Assembly (NCBI GenBank): GCA_024626585.2
Contig: JANKJI020000004.1
Coordinates: forward strand, 113,870,461-113,891,753
Length of the DNA: 21,293 nt
Origin: Ginkgo biloba
Lineage: Eukaryota > Plantae > Ginkgophyta
Direction of reading: 5' to 3'
Under the pieces are notes generated by a model. The model did no database searches. It was not told the DNA's origin and saw only the letters and a program-made list of their open reading frames with translations. Below, piece after piece: positions 10,308 to 20,461 of the stretch (position 1 is its first letter; every line of letters begins with the position of its first letter). A program made the position numbers and the translations under genes.

Positions 10308-11293
10308 NNNNNNNNNNNNNNNNNNNNNNNNNNNNNNNNNNNNNNNNNNNNNNNNNNNNNNNNNNNNNNNNNNNNNNNNNNNNNNNNNNNNNNNNNNNNN
10401 NNNNNNNNNNNNNNNNNNNNNNNNNNNNNNNNNNNNNNNNNNNNNNNNNNNNNNNNNNNNNNNNNNNNNNNNNNNNNNNNNNNNNNNNNNNNNNNNNNNN
10501 NNNNNNNNNNNNNNNNNNNNNNNNNNNNNNNNNNNNNNNNNNNNNNNNNNNNNNNNNNNNNNNNNNNNNNNNNNNNNNNNNNNNNNNNNNNNNNNNNNNN
10601 NNNNNNNNNNNNNNNNNNNNNNNNNNNNNNNNNNNNNNNNNNNNNNNNNNNNNNNNNNNNNNNNNNNNNNNNNNNNNNNNNNNNNNNNNNNNNNNNNNNN
10701 NNNNNNNNNNNNNNNNNNNNNNNNNNNNNNNNNNNNNNNNNNNNNNNNNNNNNNNNNNNNNNNNNNNNNNNNNNNNNNNNNNNNNNNNNNNNNNNNNNNN
10801 NNNNNNNNNNNNNNNNNNNNNNNNNNNNNNNNNNNNNNNNNNNNNNNNNNNNNNNNNNNNNNNNNNNNNNNNNNNNNNNNNNNNNNNNNNNNNNNNNNNN
10901 NNNNNNNNNNNNNNNNNNNNNNNNNNNNNNNNNNNNNNNNNNNNNNNNNNNNNNNNNNNNNNNNNNNNNNNNNNNNNNNNNNNNNNNNNNNNNNNNNNNN
11001 NNNNNNNNNNNNNNNNNNNNNNNNNNNNNNNNNNNNNNNNNNNNNNNNNNNNNNNNNNNNNNNNNNNNNNTTTAATGATATGCAAAAGCTTCTTTTGCAC
11101 CTCAAATACGAGAAACAACTACACAGCATAAAACATGACATTCATAAGACTAGAGAATTGCAAGATGTGTATTTTTTGTAACCAAAATAATGCATAACAA
11201 TAATTAGCAATAGTGCATTTTACCCAGTAGCTAGAATTTAGAAGGCACATCTTACATCTTTATGGAGCTTTGTATGACCATGAGGTGACTTAC

Positions 11294-13440
11294 AGGGATT
11301 GACTGGAATGCCTCCAGATCAGGCATCCCAGAGTTCCTCTTAGATGATTTAACCAAATCAGATGCACAACACAGGGCAGTACCTTAGGATTAAGTTTAAA
11401 GGACTACGGCTTACAATTACGTATCCCAAAAAACTCAACTTGATCCTCCATTTCACAATTAATGAAATATACATCCCATGATAGCAGTAGAGAGAAGGCA
11501 TTCCAAAGGGTATTTTGCATGAGATTTTGAGGCCTCGCATGCCAACTCCATGATCTAGTGCCAATAAAAATTCACCTTGATTATTAAACATTACACATGT
11601 AGTTGCCAATACAAATTCTTCAACAATCAATTACACTTAACCATCAAAGAAAAAACCAACAAGGCACACCCCATATCCATTTGTTTCACAGCCAGACACA
11701 TAACATTTGGAAGATGAAATGGCATCAGAACTCCACTGCTTTCATGAACTTGAGATCCCCTGAAATTTGCATGTTACAGTTTGACATGTTCAGGAATGTC
11801 TTAATCATTTGAAAACTCTTGATTGAAGAGAATTTTTGTAGCTATAGTGTTAGTCAATTGGGTGTCGGCTAACTGTTTAGTTCATCAGGCTGACCAGTTC
11901 TTCCCAATGGTGTAGAAAAGTTGTTTCTCCTTGCCTTTAACTATTAAAAAAACAATCAGATTTAACCATTCAAAGGCACCAATCTGGCACATGATTACAT
12001 CAGACTTCTTACAGAATAAAAAAAAAATTCCAATAGAAAGCTTGAAACCAATTTGAAAAAACAATATAAACTCAAGTACTCTCCAAATTCTGACCATATT
12101 GTAAACCTCTTGTACATTGTTGACAACTTTATATATATAGTGCTATGCTTTTTGAAATTTTCATCAACATTCCAGACAGTTACAAAATTACAAATTACCA
12201 TGCGAGTGACTGAGAACACTGCAATGTGGTTTTGAGTTTGCACCTGATTATACACCATTAATCTAGGTCCCATAACTCAACTATCTGTTGTTGCCAATTC
12301 AAGAGTCTCCTTTGGCAACTCCAGATTCATTGGGGCCACTTCCGCTCCTTGTAGAAGAGGTACTGAAATGCATTCATTGTTTGTTAATCTCAGACACTGC
12401 CATTGCTAGGATCACAATATCCACAGCGGGTTTCATTTCTTATGTCGTATCTTCTCACTCACCTACTAAGGATATTGCCCGAACCCCAATTCCAAGGTGT
12501 CATTTACTTTGATTCTTAAGATCCCTTTGTTCCTTGGTCATCTCCAAGGCCTGATTCTCTGGCAACCAGTAGCTGTACTTGCTCTCGCTCAAGAGTGGTC
12601 ATTGGCCACATTTTCTTTGAGTTACTATACCTTCATTCACTGCATTTGCCTAATATGACAATTCATTTCTTGCTTCTTCGTCACCAATATTTATATCTGA
12701 GGGATACTGAGTTTGTTTCTTACTGAATCAACTCTATCCACGAAAACAAAGGTAGAGTCTTGTGACACTACACCAGGGAAACTCATTGAACCAAGTTTGG
12801 AAGAGGCACTTCTCAATACCCACCTAACTTCTGAGAGTCATTGCCAGGACCATTGGTCCTGGTGATCCAATCAGTAATCTCATGAGCAACATGATTTGCA
12901 GAAGGTTGAGCCATTCAAATGATCTGATGTTGGATTCAAAAGAAAGCCTGATCATGATAAAATAGTGGTGCTCCTCATATAAGGACGCTAGCTTCTGCTT
13001 CTTTTCTTCTCTGCAATCAAGAATCGACCAAAACTTTTCCCTTCCCCAGTCCAATTTAAACTCTCTCCCCCAATGTCTGGAAGTTATATACTGCTACAAG
13101 GGGTCATTTCTCTAATTCCCCTAGCATCGTTTTTTCAAGGCTGCTCTCCTTCAGGAAGACTTACTTCTCTAGGACTACATGCTTTTCTGCTACAATCACC
13201 CCATGTTGGCAAACCTCTTCCTGATACTTCTGAAAAAATGCAGTAGTGTTTCCAATGATCAGCAAGTGGTTGAACTTCCTTTTAGCCCTCTGTTGCTACT
13301 TTCCAAGTCTGGCATTGCCAATGTCTAATTTGACTTTTGTTAAAGCTGAGATTGGGGGTAGTACAAAGTAATAACAAGGCACAGCTGCCACTCGTAGAGC
13401 AAGTTGAACACTTCTCACTCTTTTTGGTTCAGCCATGTTG
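11294..13440 (-). pseudogene. Decayed multi-exon gene with two PHD-finger-like domains separated by a long low-complexity linker
   Basis: Finger 1 (~13305-13415): EKCSTCSTSGSCALLLLCT/TPNLSFNKSQIRHWQCQTW (middle ligands missing). GT-AG introns at 11941-12243 and 11555-11669 are phase-compatible. Splicing the latter joins KCYVSGCETNGYG to IMELACEASKSHAKYPLECL..(fs)DVYFINCE. Further donor CCT|GTAAGT at 11293. Many stops and frameshifts. Confidence 0.5.
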
Positions 13441-14269
13441 GAAAAAGAATAGTGCATAGACAAAGATGCATCATAGATTCAGCTTAAGCACATCAATCTC
13501 TAAGATACTATTTAACAAGTCAATAGAGTACACAATAATGGCCATTTCCTTACTTAGAATTGGCACTAGGTACATATAGCTTGGCAGTCCATGAAGGAGT
13601 GCCAAGAGCAACCTTCATAATTGTTGTGCTAATGCATTCAGTCCCCTGAACATTTAAATCATTTATAGGGAAGTATGTTACATNNNNNNNNNNNNNNNNN
13701 NNNNNNNNNNNNNNNNNNNNNNNNNNNNNNNNNNNNNNNNNNNNNNNNNNNNNNNNNNNNNNNNNNNNNATCAGTCACATAGCCCATTATTGGCTACCAT
13801 CTATCCCCACTCCCCACCCCCTTTAGACTTAAGTATCCCTACTGAAGTTTTGTTGAGGAACTATTGTTGATGCAATTGTGCCCAAATTATTATTGTACCC
13901 TTCTATCAACTTTGTCTTCAACTAGTTATGATCCTTTTCCTGTATCATTACCCAATCTTCAACCCATGGTGGCCTCACTGGCACCCTCACTCAATTTTTT
14001 GGTCCTATATGGTTGCTAGTTTTATTGGCATCTACTTTTGGTACTTGATTTATAGAAGAGGATAAGAATTTATAGGTGCAATTCAAATATTAAATTACCA
14101 AAATAGTGTAACAAGAATAAGAAGTACAAAATTCACATCAAAACAGGTGTGCCCTTGAAAGCAATTGTGATCAAAGACAACTTTTAGCACTAGCTTTATT
14201 CATGCAATCTTTAAAACTCATACTTGTGTCACCACTAATGATAGCCCTCCCCATTTAGCAAAAGGCCTT

Positions 14270-15200
14270 TGCCATATTTGGAATGTATACAATCCTCATT
14301 GCTAGCTTCACAGGAGTTTCCAATTGAAAAACTTGCTTGACTAGATCCATTGAGAAGTTGGCCCTATCATCAAGTTACCTTCAATTGATGATCTCTTTAT
14401 TTCCCCAATTTGCTCACCATCCTCCATGGGAACTACAATCAAGGACGCATCTTCTGTCTACAACTCCTTGGTCATTTGTTAAGCAATACCCAATCGTTCC
14501 TTTATTGTCACTTGCTTTAGATATTGCTTCTTAACTTTTGTTTTGCCCTATGCCTTGACAACAAATGATTACTCTTTCATCCCCACTCTATGCACAAAAC
14601 TGATAGACTTCTCATTTTGCTTACGACATCTATTGTCATCGTGATTATTAGATGGACACAATCTCCGTAGCATCAAAATTGAATTTCACTGAGCTTATTG
14701 CAAGCAATCTCGAATGAAATGCCTCCATTCTTGCCACTTAAAGCATTGAGTTATCGGGCATCCCAATGAATTGTAATTCACACTCATTTCCCAGTAATCT
14801 TAACTTTCCCGTTGATTTTGATTGGAGTGAAAATTTCTATAGCTTTTGCCTTGTCTCCTTTGAGCCGAACTAGGTTTTGGGTCTAGGACTTCTTCATCTG
14901 CAAAGTAGACTCGAGAATCTTGTGTTTACCATCTATTTTTACAATTGTAACTACATTCATACGTACTATGATTCCTTGTTTTAGAAATATTACAACTCTT
15001 ACCTTGCTCTAGGCATTCATTCTCCAAATGGCCTTCACTTCGATACTTTGTTCCCCAAATTTCTTTCCACTCCTTTTCCTCTTGAGCATAAAACTCTTCA
15101 TCATCCTTACTACATTTTTTTTGCACTGTTGATTTTAGGGGAAGTTCTCACCATGATCTCCTCTCCAAGCACTCTATCAACTACTCTGTAATCGTCAACA
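14270..15200 (-). mobile_element. Ty3/Gypsy gag C-terminal remnant with multiple zinc knuckles
   Basis: Reads IWGTKYRSEGHLENEC..CNISKTRNHSTYECSYN (two decayed CCHC), then YNSLGCPITQCFKWQEWRHFIRDC (third), LCPSNNHDDNRC (fourth-like), then LVKQVFQLETPVKL typical of the pre-protease region. Confidence 0.75.
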
Positions 15201-15682
15201 TCTGATCATCTAAAACCGTAAGCATCTTAAACATAGCATGCTATAGAAACAAAGGGCACCATCTAATGACACAAGTGAAGCTTGCCCTGATTTGAAATCA
15301 CAAGTTGACCTCAAGGCATCATGACCTCAAGCAAAACAAGCAAATCTTCTAGCGATGTATTCAATGAACATCAAGTGGTATTATAGCAGATGCATTTGAT
15401 GATTTAATTTCATTGTATGATGGCCCAAGAGAGTAATGCTACTATGTGTAGGCTTTCTTGTAGGATTGATACTTTGGAAGTAGACCTGAAATGTAGAGGC
15501 GATATCATCAACAACTTATAGAATGCCCTTCTAAACATGCAAAATGAAAACAATCAAATGTCAGCCACATTGAAAGAAGCATNNNNNNNNNNNNNNNNNN
15601 NNNNNNNNNNNNNNNNNNNNNNNNNNNNNNNNNNNNNNNNNNNNNNNNNNNNNNNNNNNNNNNNNNNNNNNNNNNNNNNNNN

Positions 15683-16434
15683 GAGATAAGAGGCATCGCA
15701 TGACTTAATGATGTGGCTACAGCGTGTGAGAGGGCTAGACACAAAGATTGAGATGGTTGGATACAAGTTGATTTTGTAACGGCCACTTGCAAGTACCTTG
15801 CAAGTGGTGCTTTTTATGTATAATTAATTAATGTAACCTACTTGCAATTTAATTGTAAGCATCTTGTTTATTGTAAAATGAGATTAATGTAAAAGATAGA
15901 ATCTACTTGCAACCAAAATGCAAGCAAGCGTTACAGATTACAAATCGCTTTATATGCCTAATTAATCATCTAGATTAATTGTAGGGAAGGGTCACCAGTT
16001 ACCAACAATCTATTTGATGTATAAAAGACCTCTTTACGAGCAATGCAGATTGGACAATTTCTCTTCCTAAGCAGAGGCTTGTGACTGGAGTCCCTGTGTG
16101 CTCTAAACCATGAAGGAATTGGGTGGATGGTACCCCATGCCAAAATAGAGCACCAAGAAAATGTCTCACTGTTTGCATATGGTTTTATATTATGTTTTAT
16201 GTTTCCTTTGTGTGGTTTATTTTTGCAATTGTTATTTGTGCATGTAATCGTTCCTTCCTCTTCGTCTAGTTGGTTAGACATATAACAATTTTCCTCCCGA
16301 TTGATTGCTGGACAGAGAGGCAAATTGTTCTCATTACACTCTTGAGGTGAGGAATCGTCGATTCCATCCATCGTTCGTCATTTAAAGGAGAGCCTACCAT
16401 AGTTGATAATTAATGACTGCTTGATCAACAGTCA
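15683..16434 (+). repeat. 5' LTR (left end lost in gap) of an Athila-type element
   Basis: Ends ...CAGTCA at 16434, 3 nt before a tRNA-Asp PBS; TATAAAAG at 16020-16027; T-rich U5-like tract at ~16170-16250. Confidence 0.8.
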
Positions 16435-16437
16435 TTT

Positions 16438-16455
16438 TGGCATCGTTGCCAGGGA
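16438..16455 (+). promoter_or_regulatory. Primer-binding site complementary to the tRNA-Asp 3' end
   Basis: TGGCATCGTTGCCAGGGA matches the Athila-type TGGCGCCGTTGCCGGGGA at 15/18; all three mismatches are transitions at CG/CCG sites. Confidence 0.88.
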
Positions 16456-16973
16456 TAGTGAACGTTTCTCACCACAGAGTATTTGAAGATATCAGTCATT
16501 GTGGCATGAAGACAGTGGTTGTGTTCTCGAAGGATCTGTTGCATACCTATTCCGAAAGTTTGGGAGGTACAATTAATTTATTTCAACAACGTTTGTGGTT
16601 TTCTCTTCGCAATTTCCAATTGCACATTGGGTGCAAATGCCTTTATAAGGATACTTACAACAAGGCTACAAGTAATTTGGTCTTTGCTCTATCTCACGAG
16701 AGGTTCATATANNNNNNNNNNNNNNNNNNNNNNNNNNNNNNNNNNNNNNNNNNNNNNNNNNNNNNNNNNNNNNNNNNNNNNNNNNNNNNNNNNNNNNNNN
16801 NNNNNNNNNNNATCTTACAATTGACTCTTTGACTATTGAGAATCAAGGATCTATTTACAGTACACTTATCAATTGTTATTTTCTATGTCCGTTGTATTTG
16901 ATGTCAATTTAATGTTTTGCCATTCTACTAGGTGTACATCTCCTTGGACAAAAATATAGAGAGATGCTTGGTG

Positions 16974-16988
16974 CCCCCCCCTCCCCAA
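16974..16988 (-). promoter_or_regulatory. Polypurine-tract-like G run downstream of the integrase
   Basis: Minus strand TTGGGGAGGGGGGGG about 1 kb 3' of the integrase end; no clear TG LTR start follows. Confidence 0.35.
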
Positions 16989-17186
16989 TTTCATTGTGCT
17001 ATGTCATTCGTACTATCGTCTAACTATGTTGTCGTCCAACCAAAATTTTGTCCTATGGTTTGATCACCAAAAAATGCCTTTAGTAGCAATTATCCAACTG
17101 TTGTGTCATCCAATCTAGTGAAACTGTCCCTCAAGAATCACAACACAAGCTACATCTGTAACATCCAAAAACTTTTATGTTTCTCT

Positions 17187-17365
17187 ACCACCTTGCGGTT
17201 CAAGTTCTCTTGCTCTACTACCTTCTTGTCTGAGCCCTTTTTCACTATCCCTTGCCCTCTACGTTCTCTTTCCCTATCACCTTTCCCTTTGAGTTCTCAT
17301 TCTCTGTCATCTTACCCTTCAAATTATCGTTCTCCATCACCTTGCCCTCCAGGCTCTTGTTCTCT
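17187..17365 (-). repeat. Six degenerate 30-bp tandem units in the post-integrase region
   Basis: Minus-strand units AGAGAACAAGAGCCTGGAGGGCAAGGTGAT, GGAGAACGATAATTTGAAGGGTAAGATGAC, AGAGAATGAGAACTCAAAGGGAAAGGTGAT, ..., AGAGCAAGAGAACTTGAACCGCAAGGTGGT. Confidence 0.8.
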
Positions 17366-17959
17366 ATGTTTGTTCCTCTGTGCAAAACTTAGGTAAAATC
17401 CCTCGCACAAATCTCTAATGGTGTGGCACTAGCATTTGTTTGTCATCAGTCATATCGTCGTTCACTATCTAGGACTAGTCGTCCACCAACCACCATCCTA
17501 GACTAGTCATCCAACAGGGTTGGTTGCCAACTGTCTAGCAGGATCGGTTGCTTATTGGTTGGAGCAGTCGCAAGCCATCCAATTGCATCGATTGGCTGAT
17601 TAGGCCAGCCTGGTTGTTTGGGGTTTGTCCAAACCCAACTATTTGGGGTCACCCAAACTGCACATTTCTTGCATGCACTTTATGCATTTTTTCCTTCTAG
17701 CTTTGGCTTGGTAGTTAATTAGCATATACATGTATAGTAAATGTGTTTGGCGTAAACTTGTTGATGCCCGCGATCTCTAATGGACTTTCATTTGTGTTCT
17801 ATGAGTGCTTTGCCAAATTGACGTGGGTAAACTCTCAATTCTACTTGGCCAAACTTGTGAAAAAATGCACTACACCATTGCAGCCATGAAAAATCTCTTA
17901 TGTTTAGGTTGGCATATTGGTTGGGGATGTCTTTCTCCTTGCATTACTTTGGATGATAC

Positions 17960-18689
17960 AATTTTAATTTTGATCCATTCTCGTGCTAATCCGTCTAGAT
18001 TAGCTAACTACACTGCCCCACTCTAATGAATAGTAGTGACAATATAAGGACCTAGCCACCAAATTTTCAACTTAATTGCCATCTTCCTATCATACTGCAA
18101 AACTTGAGATCCTGCCTGAATTTGTTGCCAGCGAAGATGGCGATCGTGCCAAAGCTTTCTTCTCTTTTGTGTGATGGACATTGCCCATTGTGTGGTCAAT
18201 CTCCATTCATCCAATAACAGAATCTCATCAAGTCTTGCTTGAAGGCCTATTTCGTCGTTTAAGCGATTCTTGAGTGCAATGCGTAGGGTAGGAAGTNNNN
18301 NNNNNNNNNNNNNNNNNNNNNNNNNNNNNNNNNAGATTAAAACATAATTAGTCATCACCTTATATGTTGTGTCGAATGGCCACAGTGTTGCCGAGAGTCG
18401 TTCAGCGTAGACTCTTTGTTTAGTATTGCAAGTTTAATATATAATGGCTACCAAGACACTATTTATAGCCTCTGCATGACCATTGGTTCTAGGTTAGTAA
18501 GGACTTGATTTTTTAATGTGAAATCTTGAACTCTGCCATTAAGTGCTCAATTATGTGATTAACAAAATGTCCACCTCAATTGCAATGGGTAGTTGAACTA
18601 TGTAATTACACATTCATACAAACTATTGCAATGCTTTATGCGAAGTTGACTAGAAGGGCTTAGGCTTCCACCCACTCGATCAAGTACTC
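17960..18689 (-). pseudogene. Ty3/Gypsy integrase remnant: distal core and GPY/F C-terminal part
   Basis: EYLIEWVEA*AL, GHFVNHIIEHLMAEFKISH, SPY*PRTNGHAEAINSVL, LWPFDTTYK, LPTLRIALKNRL, RRKLWHDRHL, KLKIWWLGPYIV, GAV*LANLDG. No chromodomain seen downstream. Confidence 0.93.
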
Positions 18690-20461
18690 TATTATAGCCC
18701 ACTCAACCCTAGTCCCAGATTGGTAAAACTTGGTCAAAGATCAATCAAAGTTGGTCAATGGGCTTGAAAAACCCTATGAGAAGTCAACAGGTAGAGAAAA
18801 GACCTTAGGCATTGAGGAAGAGCCTTGTGAAGGCTGGCGGCCCTTGTCTGCTAAGAAAAGCCTTAAAAAAGACCTAAAATTGGAAAATTGNNNNNNNNNN
18901 NNNNNNNNNNNNNNNNNNNNNNNNNNNNNNNNNNNNNNNNNNNNNNNNNNNNNNNNNNNNNNNNNNNNNNNNNNNNNNNNNNNNNNNNNNNNNNNNNNNN
19001 NNNNNNNNNNNNNNNNNNNNNNNNNNNNNNNNNNNNNNNNNNNNNNNNNNNNNNNNNNNNNNNNNNNNNNNNNNNNNNNNNNNNNNNNTACAACTATAAA
19101 AGGAGGTTAGAGGAAGTCATTCCTCATTTTTTGCACCCTTTTTCCACTTGGAGTAAGTGACTTCTTCCTAAAGATGATTCTCTGCATCCTATATGCTGAT
19201 TATTGCTCTAGCAAGTTGCAATTATTGCCCTAGACAAGGCCGAAGGCTGTTTGTTGAATCCTAGCGTCTTTTCTTAGGTTTCTCTGGCAAAAGAAGTCCT
19301 CCTTTCAGTCCCTACTGAAGGCTGAACCCTGTTTAGGGGTCTTCTTACCTTCTAATGTCGCTAGAAGGCCCAACAAACTTGTAGAAGCAAGTTGAATCTT
19401 CCTGGAGGCTGCCAAACTTCTTCTTGCATCTGTTTTGTGTCCTTTTCTACATCCAGGCTGAGGAGACGTTGCAGAGGGAGATCTAGAGGTCGATAAGCTT
19501 GTTATAAAGACCAAAGACTAGGGCTTAACCCTTACAGAGGTATGCCATGATATTAGTTGTATCATTTTCTTTAATTTATTCAATGATACTGGTTATTGCA
19601 ATCATAATCGATGATTGATGATTAGAGTTGGGTATGGGGAGAGCCTTAGAATACTAGATTTAGATCTGTATGATGAGACATCCATATGAAAAGATAGGTT
19701 AAGACTGTTGCTTAGCTTCTTTTATGCTACTTTATGAAGTATGGGTTGTAGACTATATGTGTGCATGCCTGCTTGAGTTTTAGAACCTAGTTGTTGTGGC
19801 ATATGTGTGCATAGTACCACTGTGAGGACAATTGATATATATATTTGGCTAGGGGATGTACTAGCATGGCCTTGCTTTGAGCATGTTGTGGATTTCGAGT
19901 CCTAAGGCTTGACAACAAGGAGGAGGGGGCTAGCAACCCAATGGACTCTTGAGGTGAGCATATAAGCCATGGAAGTGTGCTAGCACGCCACGGTGGGTAT
20001 TGTAAGTCTCAACCAACCAACATTTTGGTTGTTATTGGTGCAGTTGGTGTGCATTGATGCACAAGCTGTCTTGAGGAGAGGTATCTCGTTACTAGAGAGA
20101 TGACCCTAGTGCCTAAATGGAGGCTAGAGCCTACTGCCTTGGCACTCTTCCAGATTATAAGGGGTGGACTCAAACAGAGAGGTTGGGGTTGACGGTTAGC
20201 CTTTACGCCATCGGAGGTTTGCGTTGGTAACCGTGGTCAAGTCCTCTAGGGGTCTTGATGACAAACAGTGATAGCATGCCTATGACACAATAGCCCATCC
20301 CTAGGTCTTAGTAGTCCTATCTTATCCCCTGATTGCTTGGTGTGAGAATAGATTCTTTATTTTGGATTGCACTGATTGATATTTATTGCTAGTTCCATTT
20401 CATGCTATTTCTTATGGAATGATTTAACTAAGTGGTTTGGGTTAAAGAATGGATTATTAAA
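18690..20461 (+). mobile_element. Solo LTR (~1.77 kb) inserted in the integrase core, 5-bp TSD TACTC
   Basis: TACTC at 18685-18689 and 20462-20466. Ends TATTATAGCCCACTC...GAATGGATTATTAAA form a 10/15 inverted repeat (decayed TG...CA). CTATAAAAGG TATA box at ~19094. Removing the insert and one TSD restores the frame VAIEYLIEWVEA. Confidence 0.85.

Noticed and set aside
10252-11141. Long ORFs (278-288 aa)
   Set aside because: Artefact of the 763-N gap.
15230-15582. Plus-strand coiled-coil-like reading (MAQESNATM..IDTLEVDLK..) as Copia gag
   Set aside because: No diagnostic motif; too short and decayed to assign.
15970-16371. 133-aa minus-strand ORF as a gene
   Set aside because: Lies antisense within an LTR delimited by a PBS and has no recognisable domain.
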